A stretch of 55,433 bases of DNA from Nanobdellota archaeon (GTDB taxonomy: Archaea; Nanobdellota; Nanobdellia; Pacearchaeales; GW2011-AR1). The stretch is from positions 1 to 55,433 of the forward strand of contig JBBTAC010000002.1 of NCBI GenBank assembly GCA_038044405.1, written 5' to 3'. The notes below the pieces were generated by a model. That model was not told the origin of the DNA and did no database searches. It saw only the letters and a list, made by a program, of their open reading frames with translations. The position numbers were made by a program, and so were the translations under genes. Positions 27,501-35,105 of this stretch are shown piece after piece (within the stretch, counting starts at the first letter, position 1; each line of letters starts with the position of its first letter).

Positions 27501-28050
27501 AATAATTTCTGGTGTAAAAAATATATCCCAAATATTTGTTTCACAAAGAGAGAAAGATTTTGTAATAGTTACAGCAGGTTCTAATCTAAAAGATATCTTG
27601 GATATAAAAGGTATAGATGTCAATAATGTAACTTCAAATGATATATTTGACGTTATGAATGTTTTTGGTATAGAAGCTGCTCGCCAGACAATAATTAATG
27701 AAATAAAAAAAGTTATAGAAAGTCAGGGTTTAGACATCAATGAGAGGCACATTAAATTGATTGCAGATGCAATGGCAGTATTAGGAACAATAAAAGGAGT
27801 TACACGTATGGGAATAATATCTGATAAAGCAAGCATATTAGCAAGAGCGACTTTTGAAACACCTGATAAACAATTTATTGGCGCAACATTAAAAGGTCTA
27901 AAAGAAGAATTGAACTCAGTAATAGAAAACATTTTATTGAATCAGCCAATTCCTGTTGGCAGCGGCCTGCCAGGTTTGTTAGTTAAGGTAACAGGCCCTC
28001 TTGTAAGAAAAGGCGACAAAGATGCCAAGAAGCGCGCTGAGGAAGAATAG
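24598..28050 (+). CDS. rpoA: DNA-directed RNA polymerase subunit A with A' and A'' portions fused in one ORF
   Basis: N-terminal Zn motifs [16 protein letters not shown] and CPSCG...CAHCN. Catalytic [12 protein letters not shown]. A'-end-like FAYGDDSKD runs without a stop into the A''-type trigger-loop region [26 protein letters not shown]. Confidence 0.95.
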   Translation: [1150 protein letters not shown]

Positions 28051-28086
28051 ATTTAAAAAAAGATTCTTAAAAAACCTAAATTTAAA

Positions 28087-28208
28087 ATCAAGAAGTCCTT
28101 GTATTTTTGTCTGAACTCATCAAAGTCTTATAGACCTTGAATGCCATCAAGAATCCGACTTTAGAAGATTCTTGAGGTCTGGATGCTCAAGATTGCATCT
28201 TGACATAA
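28087..28208 (+). repeat. Multi-hairpin intergenic repeat element, copy 2 (122 nt)
   Basis: 28087-28194 is 107/108 identical to 5784-5891. The terminal hairpin is shortened to CAAGAT-tgc-ATCTTG (28188-28202). Same ACATAA end. Lies between the rpoA stop (28050) and the nusA start. Confidence 0.9.
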
Positions 28209-28253
28209 AACAAAAAGATAGATTTATATACCTTATTGCAAAATAATAATAAG

Positions 28254-28670
28254 ATGACGACGATAAATATGCAGACGTTGGTTTATATTAATCTATTAGA
28301 TAAGGCCTCTCACGTTAAAACAAAACAATGTTTTGTCTATAATAATACTATTTTCTTTGCTGTTCCAAAGCAATTAGTTTCTCAAGCTATTGGCCCAAAT
28401 GCCTCTTATGTAAAAAAGATCAGAGATAATTTAGGAAAAAAAGTTAAGATTATAAGCGCTCCAGAAGGCCCAGAGGAAATGCAAAAATTCATTGAAGATA
28501 TTGTCTCCCCAACTAAATTCAAGTCTTTAGAAATAAGGGATAATACAGTAATTATCACAGCCGGAAGCAATCAAAACAAAGCATCCTTAATAGGGCGAAA
28601 TAGGAGAAGATTTTCTGAAATGCATAAAGTTATTCACGACATTTTTAATATGGATTTGAGGATTGTTTGA
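28254..28670 (+). CDS. nusA: Archaeal NusA-like transcription termination/antitermination factor (two KH domains)
   Basis: About 138 aa. KH-like segments AIGPNASYVKKIRDNLGKKVKII and LIGRNRRRFSEMHKV. Canonical position between rpoA and rps12. I chose the ATG at 28254 rather than the TTG at 28236 used by the ORF track. Confidence 0.8.
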   Translation: MTTINMQTLVYINLLDKASHVKTKQCFVYNNTIFFAVPKQLVSQAIGPNASYVKKIRDNLGKKVKIISAPEGPEEMQKFIEDIVSPTKFKSLEIRDNTVIITAGSNQNKASLIGRNRRRFSEMHKVIHDIFNMDLRIV

Positions 28671-28723
28671 GACATATAAAACATCAGGGCAAGTTTTAAA
28701 AACCCTCTTTCTCTTCTGAAAAT

Positions 28724-29149
28724 ATGGGATTAATGAATGCACGCAAAATTGGAAAGAATAGGAAAAATAGTAGATGGGCGGATCATAAATATAAAGTAAG
28801 AACGCAAAATCTAAGAGTAAAGTTCGATCCTCTCGGAGGCAGATCATTTCAAGCAAGAGGCATTGTTATAAGTAAATTTCAAAAAGAAGCAAAACAGCCA
28901 AACTCTGCAATGAGAAAATGCTGCAAAGTACAACTAATAAAAAATAACCTTCAAGTAGGAGCATTTATCCCTGGAAATCTTGCTCAAAAGTTCGTTGATG
29001 AGCACGATGAAGTTTTAATAGAAAGAATTGGCGGAAAAATGGGCCGTTCTAAAGGAGATATCCCAGGAATAAGATTCCAAGTTATAAAAGTAAATGATCA
29101 GCCATTAAGAAGATTGTGGAAAGGTCAGATAGAGAAGGGAAGAAGATAA
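28724..29149 (+). CDS. rps12: 30S ribosomal protein uS12
   Basis: KQPNSAMRKCCKVQLIKN, IPGIRFQVIKVN. 141 aa. Confidence 0.95.
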   Translation: MGLMNARKIGKNRKNSRWADHKYKVRTQNLRVKFDPLGGRSFQARGIVISKFQKEAKQPNSAMRKCCKVQLIKNNLQVGAFIPGNLAQKFVDEHDEVLIERIGGKMGRSKGDIPGIRFQVIKVNDQPLRRLWKGQIEKGRR

Positions 29150-29151
29150 TT

Positions 29152-29769
29152 ATGGAAAAAACACAGCTCCCAGAATTGAAATTTAAATTATTTGACATAT
29201 ACGATGCTTCAGAAGCTGTAATAAAAGATCAAGCTTTAAAGCCATATATTAATTTAGATAATAAATTATTGTTAAAATCTTATGGCAGAAATCTAGAGAA
29301 ATTCGCAAAAATAAGAGTTAATATTTTAGAGCGTATGGCGAATAGATTGGCAGTTCCAGGCCATGTAGGAAAGAAGCATAAAATAATTACATCTTGGAGT
29401 TCAGGAAAATATAATAAAAATATGTCTACAATATTTAAAGCATTAAATATTATAGAAAGAGTAACAAAGAAAAATCCAGTTCAAGTTTTAATAGATGCAA
29501 TGGAGAATGGCTCTCCAAGAGATGAAATAACAGTTATAGAGCACGCAGGAGCAAGATATCCACAGGCAGTTGACAGTTCTCCAATGAGAAGAATTGATTT
29601 AGCAATTCGCTGGATTGTACAAGGTTCATACCAAAGATGTTTTGGTAAGAAGAAGAAAATGGCAGAATCTTTAGCAGATGAAATAATTAAAGCCTCTCAA
29701 AATAATATGGAAAGTTATTCAGTCAGTAAAAGAAATGAAGCTGAAAAACAAGCTGATTCTGCGAGATAA
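29152..29769 (+). CDS. rps7: 30S ribosomal protein uS7
   Basis: Archaeal S7 pattern (ENGSPRDEITVIEHAGARYPQAVDSSPMRRIDLAIRWI). I chose the ATG at 29152, just after the S12 stop, over the upstream in-frame ATG at 29116. Confidence 0.93.
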   Translation: MEKTQLPELKFKLFDIYDASEAVIKDQALKPYINLDNKLLLKSYGRNLEKFAKIRVNILERMANRLAVPGHVGKKHKIITSWSSGKYNKNMSTIFKALNIIERVTKKNPVQVLIDAMENGSPRDEITVIEHAGARYPQAVDSSPMRRIDLAIRWIVQGSYQRCFGKKKKMAESLADEIIKASQNNMESYSVSKRNEAEKQADSAR

Positions 29770-29806
29770 TAAAAAAGCTTATATAATCTTGCACATTAGA
29801 TATAAT

Positions 29807-29980
29807 ATGGAAACAGAAAAGATAAATGAAAAAGAAATAATAACAAGACTAGCAAGGCTTCAAACAGATATGAATTATGTAAGGGAGCATATTGAAGATA
29901 TTACTTTGACAGAAGATGATTTGGAATCAATTAAAGAAGCTGAAAAAGATTTAAGAGAAGGAAGAGTAAGGAGATTGTAA
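29807..29980 (+). CDS. Putative antitoxin of a type II toxin-antitoxin pair
   Basis: 57-aa helical acidic ORF (TEDDLESIKEAEKDLREGRVRRL) ending 6 nt before the RelE/ParE-like ORF. A TATA-like TTATATAA at 29779-29786 fits a near-leaderless start at 29807. The longer ORF-track start at 29735 would overlap rps7. Confidence 0.6.
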   Translation: METEKINEKEIITRLARLQTDMNYVREHIEDITLTEDDLESIKEAEKDLREGRVRRL

Positions 29981-29986
29981 TATCTC

Positions 29987-30247
29987 ATGTATCTTGTAGC
30001 TCTTTCTCAACGTGCTCAAAAATTCTTAGATAAACTTGATTTCCATATAAAAGAAAGAATTGAAAACACACTAAAAAGACTAGAAAGTAACCCTGTTCCA
30101 AGCGATGTAGTTTTTATTGGTAGGGAAGAAGGAGACAAAGTTTTTCGCTATAGGATTGGAGATTATAGGGCATTGTATAAATTGAAAGATTCAGAAAAAA
30201 TTATTTTAATTACGAAGATTGATAAAAGACCTAGAGTTTACGATTAA
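29987..30247 (+). CDS. RelE/ParE-family toxin (mRNA interferase type)
   Basis: 86 aa. FRYRIGDYRALYKLKDSEKIILITKIDKRPRVY matches the RIGDYR...I..I..R family signature. Confidence 0.8.
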   Translation: MYLVALSQRAQKFLDKLDFHIKERIENTLKRLESNPVPSDVVFIGREEGDKVFRYRIGDYRALYKLKDSEKIILITKIDKRPRVYD

Positions 30248-31153
30248 TCATTTCTCCTTCGTCGCATGTCCCCCAAACTCTTCTCTTAAAAGAGAAATCA
30301 ATCGTGTAGAAAAAGATTGCTTTTTCTCAGACAATTTCCTTTTTCGCAACGCAAGTTTCAAACTATCAAATTCAACACCTGACTTCTTAGCAATTGAATG
30401 AGCCAATTTCCCGCTTTCCCCTCCCCTAATAATGCCGTCAGTATTTTTAAGTTCAGGATTTTTATTCAATATTTTCTCTATTAATTCGGTTAAATTAGAC
30501 TTAATTATGGAGCCATTATTCCAAATTTTAGCAATTTCTTTTAAGTTAAATTTATACTCGCTCTTGCTCAAAACTTCAAAACCTTCACCATAAGCTTCCA
30601 ATATAGCATACTCAATTCCATTATGTATTAATTTTACAAAATGCCCAGCCCCACTATTACCAACATAACCATAGCCATTCTTTTCAGCTAAATCTCTAAA
30701 CAAAAATTCTATTTTTTTAAATATATTTTTATCTCCCCCAATAGTTAAAGAAGCTCCATTTTTTGCTCCTTCTAAACCTCCACTTACACCAAGGTCAATA
30801 AAATTAATTCCCTCTTCTTTTAATACTTCATAACGCCTGGAAGAATCCTCATAAAAAGAATTCCCCCCGTCAATGATTATATCGCCTTCAGAAAGAAATG
30901 GAAAAAGACCTGCAATTATATCATCAACTGGCTTTCCTGCAGTCACCATTAGAATTATAATTTTCCTGTTTCCTAAACTATCTGCAAATTCTTCAAATGA
31001 ATATTTTCCAATCGCTCCTTTTCTAGCCATTTCCCTAGTAGATTCTGGAGAGCGATTATATACAGTTACATGATACTTTTTAGAAATAAGGTTTAAGGCC
31101 ATATTCTTGCCCATCTTGCCCAATCCAACAATACCAACTCTTTTTTTTCCCAT
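30248..31153 (-). CDS. gnd: 6-phosphogluconate dehydrogenase, decarboxylating, short (~300 aa, YqeC/GndA-like) form
   Basis: Rossmann motif VGIVGLGKMGKNMALNL. GVSGGLEGAKNGASL. GAGHFVKLIHNGIEYA. Confidence 0.85.
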   Translation of the reverse strand: MGKKRVGIVGLGKMGKNMALNLISKKYHVTVYNRSPESTREMARKGAIGKYSFEEFADSLGNRKIIILMVTAGKPVDDIIAGLFPFLSEGDIIIDGGNSFYEDSSRRYEVLKEEGINFIDLGVSGGLEGAKNGASLTIGGDKNIFKKIEFLFRDLAEKNGYGYVGNSGAGHFVKLIHNGIEYAILEAYGEGFEVLSKSEYKFNLKEIAKIWNNGSIIKSNLTELIEKILNKNPELKNTDGIIRGGESGKLAHSIAKKSGVEFDSLKLALRKRKLSEKKQSFSTRLISLLREEFGGHATKEK

Positions 31154-31155
31154 AA

Positions 31156-31617
31156 TTATACGGCGCGTCTAGTAAAATGCTCTTGTTTCTCTTCCAGACA
31201 TCTTACGATTCTCAAATAGCCGTTCATAGCACGTTCTTCAAGGTTTTTTCTTACAAGCAATTCTTCTTTGATTTTATCAAGATGCCTTTCTTCCAATTCA
31301 GCAGGATTTCTCACATGATAGAATATCAAACCCCTTAATTCAATCATTTCACCAAATGTATCTAAATCTAAATTATCCGCATCAAAATTATAATTTAAAT
31401 AGGCCGTAATAATCTTTCTATTGCAATTTTCAGAATAAAGTATTCTCCTATTACATTTTTCTTGTGCATCAATTGTTATATCTACCACATATGGTTTGTT
31501 ATCTAGCAGGTCAAAAGCAAGTGTTTCTTTTTTCCCATAAATATCACAGCTTAGTTTTATTTTGCCGTTTACTTCTTTAATTATTAAAGGAGAATATATA
31601 CCTGACAAGTTAATCAT
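31156..31617 (-). CDS. Hypothetical protein
   Basis: 153-aa ORF packed between the LOG-family gene and gnd (2-nt spacer to gnd). No motif. Confidence 0.5.
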   Translation of the reverse strand: MINLSGIYSPLIIKEVNGKIKLSCDIYGKKETLAFDLLDNKPYVVDITIDAQEKCNRRILYSENCNRKIITAYLNYNFDADNLDLDTFGEMIELRGLIFYHVRNPAELEERHLDKIKEELLVRKNLEERAMNGYLRIVRCLEEKQEHFTRRAV

Positions 31618-31662
31618 TATTATATTTAATTTATATAATTATTAAACGTTTCTATGTAAGAA

Positions 31663-32301
31663 TTAAATCTTAAATCTCTTATAATTCAGGCAGAAATTTT
31701 TATCTCCGCCTTTAAAGGCCTGATAAGCTTGCTCAATAACCTTTATTGCCTCTCCAGAATTTTTTGCAAGAAATAAAAGTTCTAAATCTTCTTCATTAAA
31801 AAATTTTCTTCTCAATGGTTCTTTCTTTAACCACTTAATCAAACCTTTCCATTGATCACCAACTAAAATAATAGGTATATGGCAAATGCGCTTTACCTGC
31901 ATTAATTGCCAGCTATAAAATAATTCAAGTATCGTACCAACACCTCCGTGAGCTACTACAATTGCATTTGAAAAAAGCATAAAATGGTCCAGTCTTTCAG
32001 AGAATCTTGCAAACTGTTTTTTAACATCTACATAAGGATTCATCCTTTGTTCATGGGGAAGTTTAATATTCAATCCAATTGTATGTGCACCGTTGTTTCT
32101 GCCCCCAATTTTATGGCCTGCACTGGCCGCCTCCATTATCCCAGGTCCTCCACCAGTTACAAGATCAATTCCTCTTTGACCAATCATTTTAGCAAGTTTG
32201 TAAACTTCATCATATTCCTTGCTTCCCTTCTTCATTCGAGCAGATCCAAATATAGTGACTCTAAACTCTTTTTTCTTTAATTCTTTTGAAATATTTGTCA
32301 T
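31663..32301 (-). CDS. LOG-family (TIGR00730) Rossmann-fold nucleotide-binding protein
   Basis: VTIFGSAR, TGGGPGIMEA, AHGGVGTILE motifs. Confidence 0.85.
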   Translation of the reverse strand: MTNISKELKKKEFRVTIFGSARMKKGSKEYDEVYKLAKMIGQRGIDLVTGGGPGIMEAASAGHKIGGRNNGAHTIGLNIKLPHEQRMNPYVDVKKQFARFSERLDHFMLFSNAIVVAHGGVGTILELFYSWQLMQVKRICHIPIILVGDQWKGLIKWLKKEPLRRKFFNEEDLELLFLAKNSGEAIKVIEQAYQAFKGGDKNFCLNYKRFKI

Positions 32302-32936
32302 TATCTTTCAACTCCTTTAATATTATTCAACAAGATTTCAGGTTTTTTAGAGTTTGCTATTGCAGAAGCAATCAAAACTCCTTTACAGCCCAATTTATAC
32401 GCCTCTCGAATATCATCTGCTGAATTTATTCCAGCTCCGCATAATGTAATAATTCGCGACTTGCGCAATAAATTACTAAACTTCTCAACATCTTTTGTTC
32501 TATATTGAGTAATTGATTTTCCACTTCCAACTAATTTAGGATCCTCAAATGCAATTGCATAAGGCTTTAATTTTGAAATTTTTCTGACTTCATTTAAATT
32601 AGAAGCACAAACAATTATTTTTAAATTAAATTTTTTAGACACAGTTAACACCTTAGAAATATCTTTCATAGAGATAGGATGTTCAGAATGGTTTATTAGC
32701 GTACCCATAGCTCCAGCTTTTTTCAATGTTTCCAGCATGTTGTACCCTGTTGCTCTATTGCTCTCTTTAGAGTCTACATGTTGCGCAAAAACACTCAATT
32801 TAGTATTATCTACAATATTTTCAATATCTATCATGGCAGGGCAGATTATTGCCCTAGGCAGATATTTCTGAATTTTTCTAGCCAATTGCAAAGCAGACTT
32901 TCCTGTTTTATAATTCTTAAAATTTATTACTATCAT
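32301..32936 (-). CDS. tpiA: Triosephosphate isomerase, archaeal short type
   Basis: INFKNY, LINHSEH, IAFEDPKLVGSG. 211 aa. Overlaps the LOG-family gene by 1 nt. Confidence 0.88.
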   Translation of the reverse strand: MIVINFKNYKTGKSALQLARKIQKYLPRAIICPAMIDIENIVDNTKLSVFAQHVDSKESNRATGYNMLETLKKAGAMGTLINHSEHPISMKDISKVLTVSKKFNLKIIVCASNLNEVRKISKLKPYAIAFEDPKLVGSGKSITQYRTKDVEKFSNLLRKSRIITLCGAGINSADDIREAYKLGCKGVLIASAIANSKKPEILLNNIKGVER

Positions 32937-33133
32937 TTTTTATTTCTAGATTCCGAAATTTTAACTAATATTCCCAATATTATAGTAAATAATAAAATAG
33001 AGAAAAATACGTGAAATGTAGAATTAAGTTTTAGACTAGAAAAGTAGATAATATCTAATAGAATAACCAGAGCAAATGAAATTGCATAAGGGATTGCATA
33101 ATTAATTTTCTTGGTTTTATTTTTCATCATCAT
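32933..33133 (-). CDS. Small two-TM membrane protein
   Basis: 66-aa hydrophobic ORF overlapping the tpiA start by 4 nt. Confidence 0.45.
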   Translation of the reverse strand: MMMKNKTKKINYAIPYAISFALVILLDIIYFSSLKLNSTFHVFFSILLFTIILGILVKISESRNKK

Positions 33134-33177
33134 TTCAACTCCCTCGTATCAAAAAATTAATCACTATAAGTATAAAA

Positions 33178-33972
33178 ATGCTTTTAAATTTAAACTTTTT
33201 GAGGTTATTAATGAACAGAAGCCCTCTTATGCTTGGAGTAGAAAGAAAGATTGGCGAGAATATCGAATCTTTCTTAACAGAAGCCTATGTAAATGAATGG
33301 AAGTCTAGTCTTTATATTGGTAGGAAATTAAAAGTTCATCCTGCAACTATAAGGCGTTGGCTCATGAAATCAGGTGTTAACTTAAGAAATACCAAAGATT
33401 ATTTATCTAGAAGAATTAAAAAACCTCTTAACAACACCTTAAAGTATTATTATCATGTAAGAAAACCTGTTTCAGAAATTGCAAGCGAAAGAAAAGTTTG
33501 TGCAAAAACAGTTTATCGTTGGATGGAAAGTGCAGATATAGAAAGGAGAAAGGGATCCAATGCGTATCTAGATAACGGATTTACTAGACCTTCAAATAAA
33601 GAATTAGAAGTGTTGCTAAGTCAAAAAAATAAAAAAGAAATTTCCTCTATTTACGATATTAATCCGCATACTTTAAGAAGATGGATACAACAAGCAGGAT
33701 TGCATCAATTTAAAAAAAGCAGATATGATTCTAAAAATTTAAGAAGAAATATGGTTAAAGATCTGCTTGAAAGATTAGAAAAAGATTTTAGTCAATTAAG
33801 GTATGAAGATTTCAGTACTAAGAAAGAAGATGGAAATTCTTATAGAGGCCTGCTTAATTGGTACATTGCGCACCATCGTTGCAGATTTTCTGGTGTAAAG
33901 AGGCAAATGAAAGAAGATTATTCAGAAAATGACAAAATGTCTAATTCCATATTACCTTCTGAATTTTCTTAG
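33178..33972 (+). CDS. Protein with three tandem helix-turn-helix-like repeats, unknown function
   Basis: Three spaced repeats of a recognition-helix-like motif: HPATIRRWLMKSG, AKTVYRWMESADI, PHTLRRWIQQAGL. The start is uncertain (33178, 33211 or 33229). The 3' end overlaps the convergent aldolase gene by 32 nt. Confidence 0.6.
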   Translation: MLLNLNFLRLLMNRSPLMLGVERKIGENIESFLTEAYVNEWKSSLYIGRKLKVHPATIRRWLMKSGVNLRNTKDYLSRRIKKPLNNTLKYYYHVRKPVSEIASERKVCAKTVYRWMESADIERRKGSNAYLDNGFTRPSNKELEVLLSQKNKKEISSIYDINPHTLRRWIQQAGLHQFKKSRYDSKNLRRNMVKDLLERLEKDFSQLRYEDFSTKKEDGNSYRGLLNWYIAHHRCRFSGVKRQMKEDYSENDKMSNSILPSEFS

Positions 33973-34699
33973 TAATTTCTCCTGGATTCTTGCTTTGCCA
34001 GATATTTCTTCCCACAGCGAGTCCTGTTGCTCCAGTTTTCATTATCTCTTCAGTTTCTTTTAAAAAGTCACTTTCACCTTTTTTAGTCCCTCCAGCAATT
34101 ACAACTTTTGTTTTACCCGCAGTCTTTACAGTCCATTTCAAATCATCCACATTTCCGCCATATTTTAATTTTACAATATCAGCACCCAATTCCAATCCAA
34201 CTCGAGCAGCGTAAGCCATTATTTCTCTAGATGTGTCAGTTTTTATTGACTTTCCGCGAGGATATACCCATGCAATAACAGGAATGCCTTTCGAATGCGC
34301 CTCTCTTTCTATAATCTCAAATTCCTGCATCATTATACTTTCATATTCACTTCCAATGTAAATTGTATATCCCACAGCACTTGCGCCCAATTTCAGAGCT
34401 TCTTGAACAGTACAAAGCTGTCTAGCAAGAGCCTCGCCCTTGTATAAATTTGTCTTTCCATTTAATTTTATAATCAGAGGTATTTTACTAGATCTTATTT
34501 CAGAATTATATTTTTCAGCAATTCCCTTCTGGAAGACAAGCCCTTGAAATTTCCCATTTTTTGCAATATCTATAATATAACTAGGATTAGCGTTTTTATC
34601 ATTAAAATCAGTACTCGGTCCATGCTCTAATCCTTGATCATATGCAAGATAAAGCGCCTTTCCTCTTTTCAAAATCTTATCGATTTTTATTTTCATCAT
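33941..34699 (-). CDS. fbaB: Class I fructose-bisphosphate aldolase, archaeal DhnA/FbaB type (a related DeoC/LacD-family aldolase cannot be excluded)
   Basis: LAYDQGLEHGP, GADIVKLKY (Schiff-base lysine context), GATGLAVGRNIWQ. Confidence 0.78.
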   Translation of the reverse strand: MMKIKIDKILKRGKALYLAYDQGLEHGPSTDFNDKNANPSYIIDIAKNGKFQGLVFQKGIAEKYNSEIRSSKIPLIIKLNGKTNLYKGEALARQLCTVQEALKLGASAVGYTIYIGSEYESIMMQEFEIIEREAHSKGIPVIAWVYPRGKSIKTDTSREIMAYAARVGLELGADIVKLKYGGNVDDLKWTVKTAGKTKVVIAGGTKKGESDFLKETEEIMKTGATGLAVGRNIWQSKNPGEITKKIQKVIWN

Positions 34700-34757
34700 T
34701 CACCTTCAAAAATTAGAAAGAAAGAAATTTTATAAACTTACCTCTGTTAACTATTAT

Positions 34758-35099
34758 ATGAAAAAATATGTAGAAAAGAGGCCCTGGGGAAAATTTGAGA
34801 GATTTACAGATAACGAAAAATCAACTGTAAAAATAATAACAGTAAACCCTGGACAAAAATTATCTTTACAATATCATAATTATAGACAAGAATTCTGGAA
34901 ATTTCTAGACAATCCAGCTAAAGTCACACTAGGAAAAAGAATAATTAAAGTTAAAAAAGATCAAGAAATAATAGTTCCAAAAAAAACTCTTCACAGAGTT
35001 GAGGCATTAGATAAGCCAGTAAGATTTTTAGAAATTGCAATCGGCAAATTTAGAGAAAATGACATCGTTAGAATCGAAGACAATTATGGGCGAGTTTAA
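34758..35099 (+). CDS. Cupin-type mannose-6-phosphate isomerase (type II PMI cupin domain)
   Basis: RPWGKFERF...VKIITVNPGQKLSLQYHNYRQEFW...HRVE. Confidence 0.72.
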   Translation: MKKYVEKRPWGKFERFTDNEKSTVKIITVNPGQKLSLQYHNYRQEFWKFLDNPAKVTLGKRIIKVKKDQEIIVPKKTLHRVEALDKPVRFLEIAIGKFRENDIVRIEDNYGRV

Positions 35100-35105
35100 A
35101 ATTAA

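Noticed and set aside
29116-29151. Longer N-terminal extensions offered by the ORF track for rps7 (29116), nusA (TTG at 28236), rpiB (45316), the antitoxin (29735) and PMM (36482)
   Set aside because: The extensions overlap upstream genes or add non-conserved residues ahead of the conserved N-termini (MEKTQLPELKF, MTTINMQ, MGKEVIYIGADHSG, METEKINE, MFENIFRMNDIRG). I preferred the internal ATGs.
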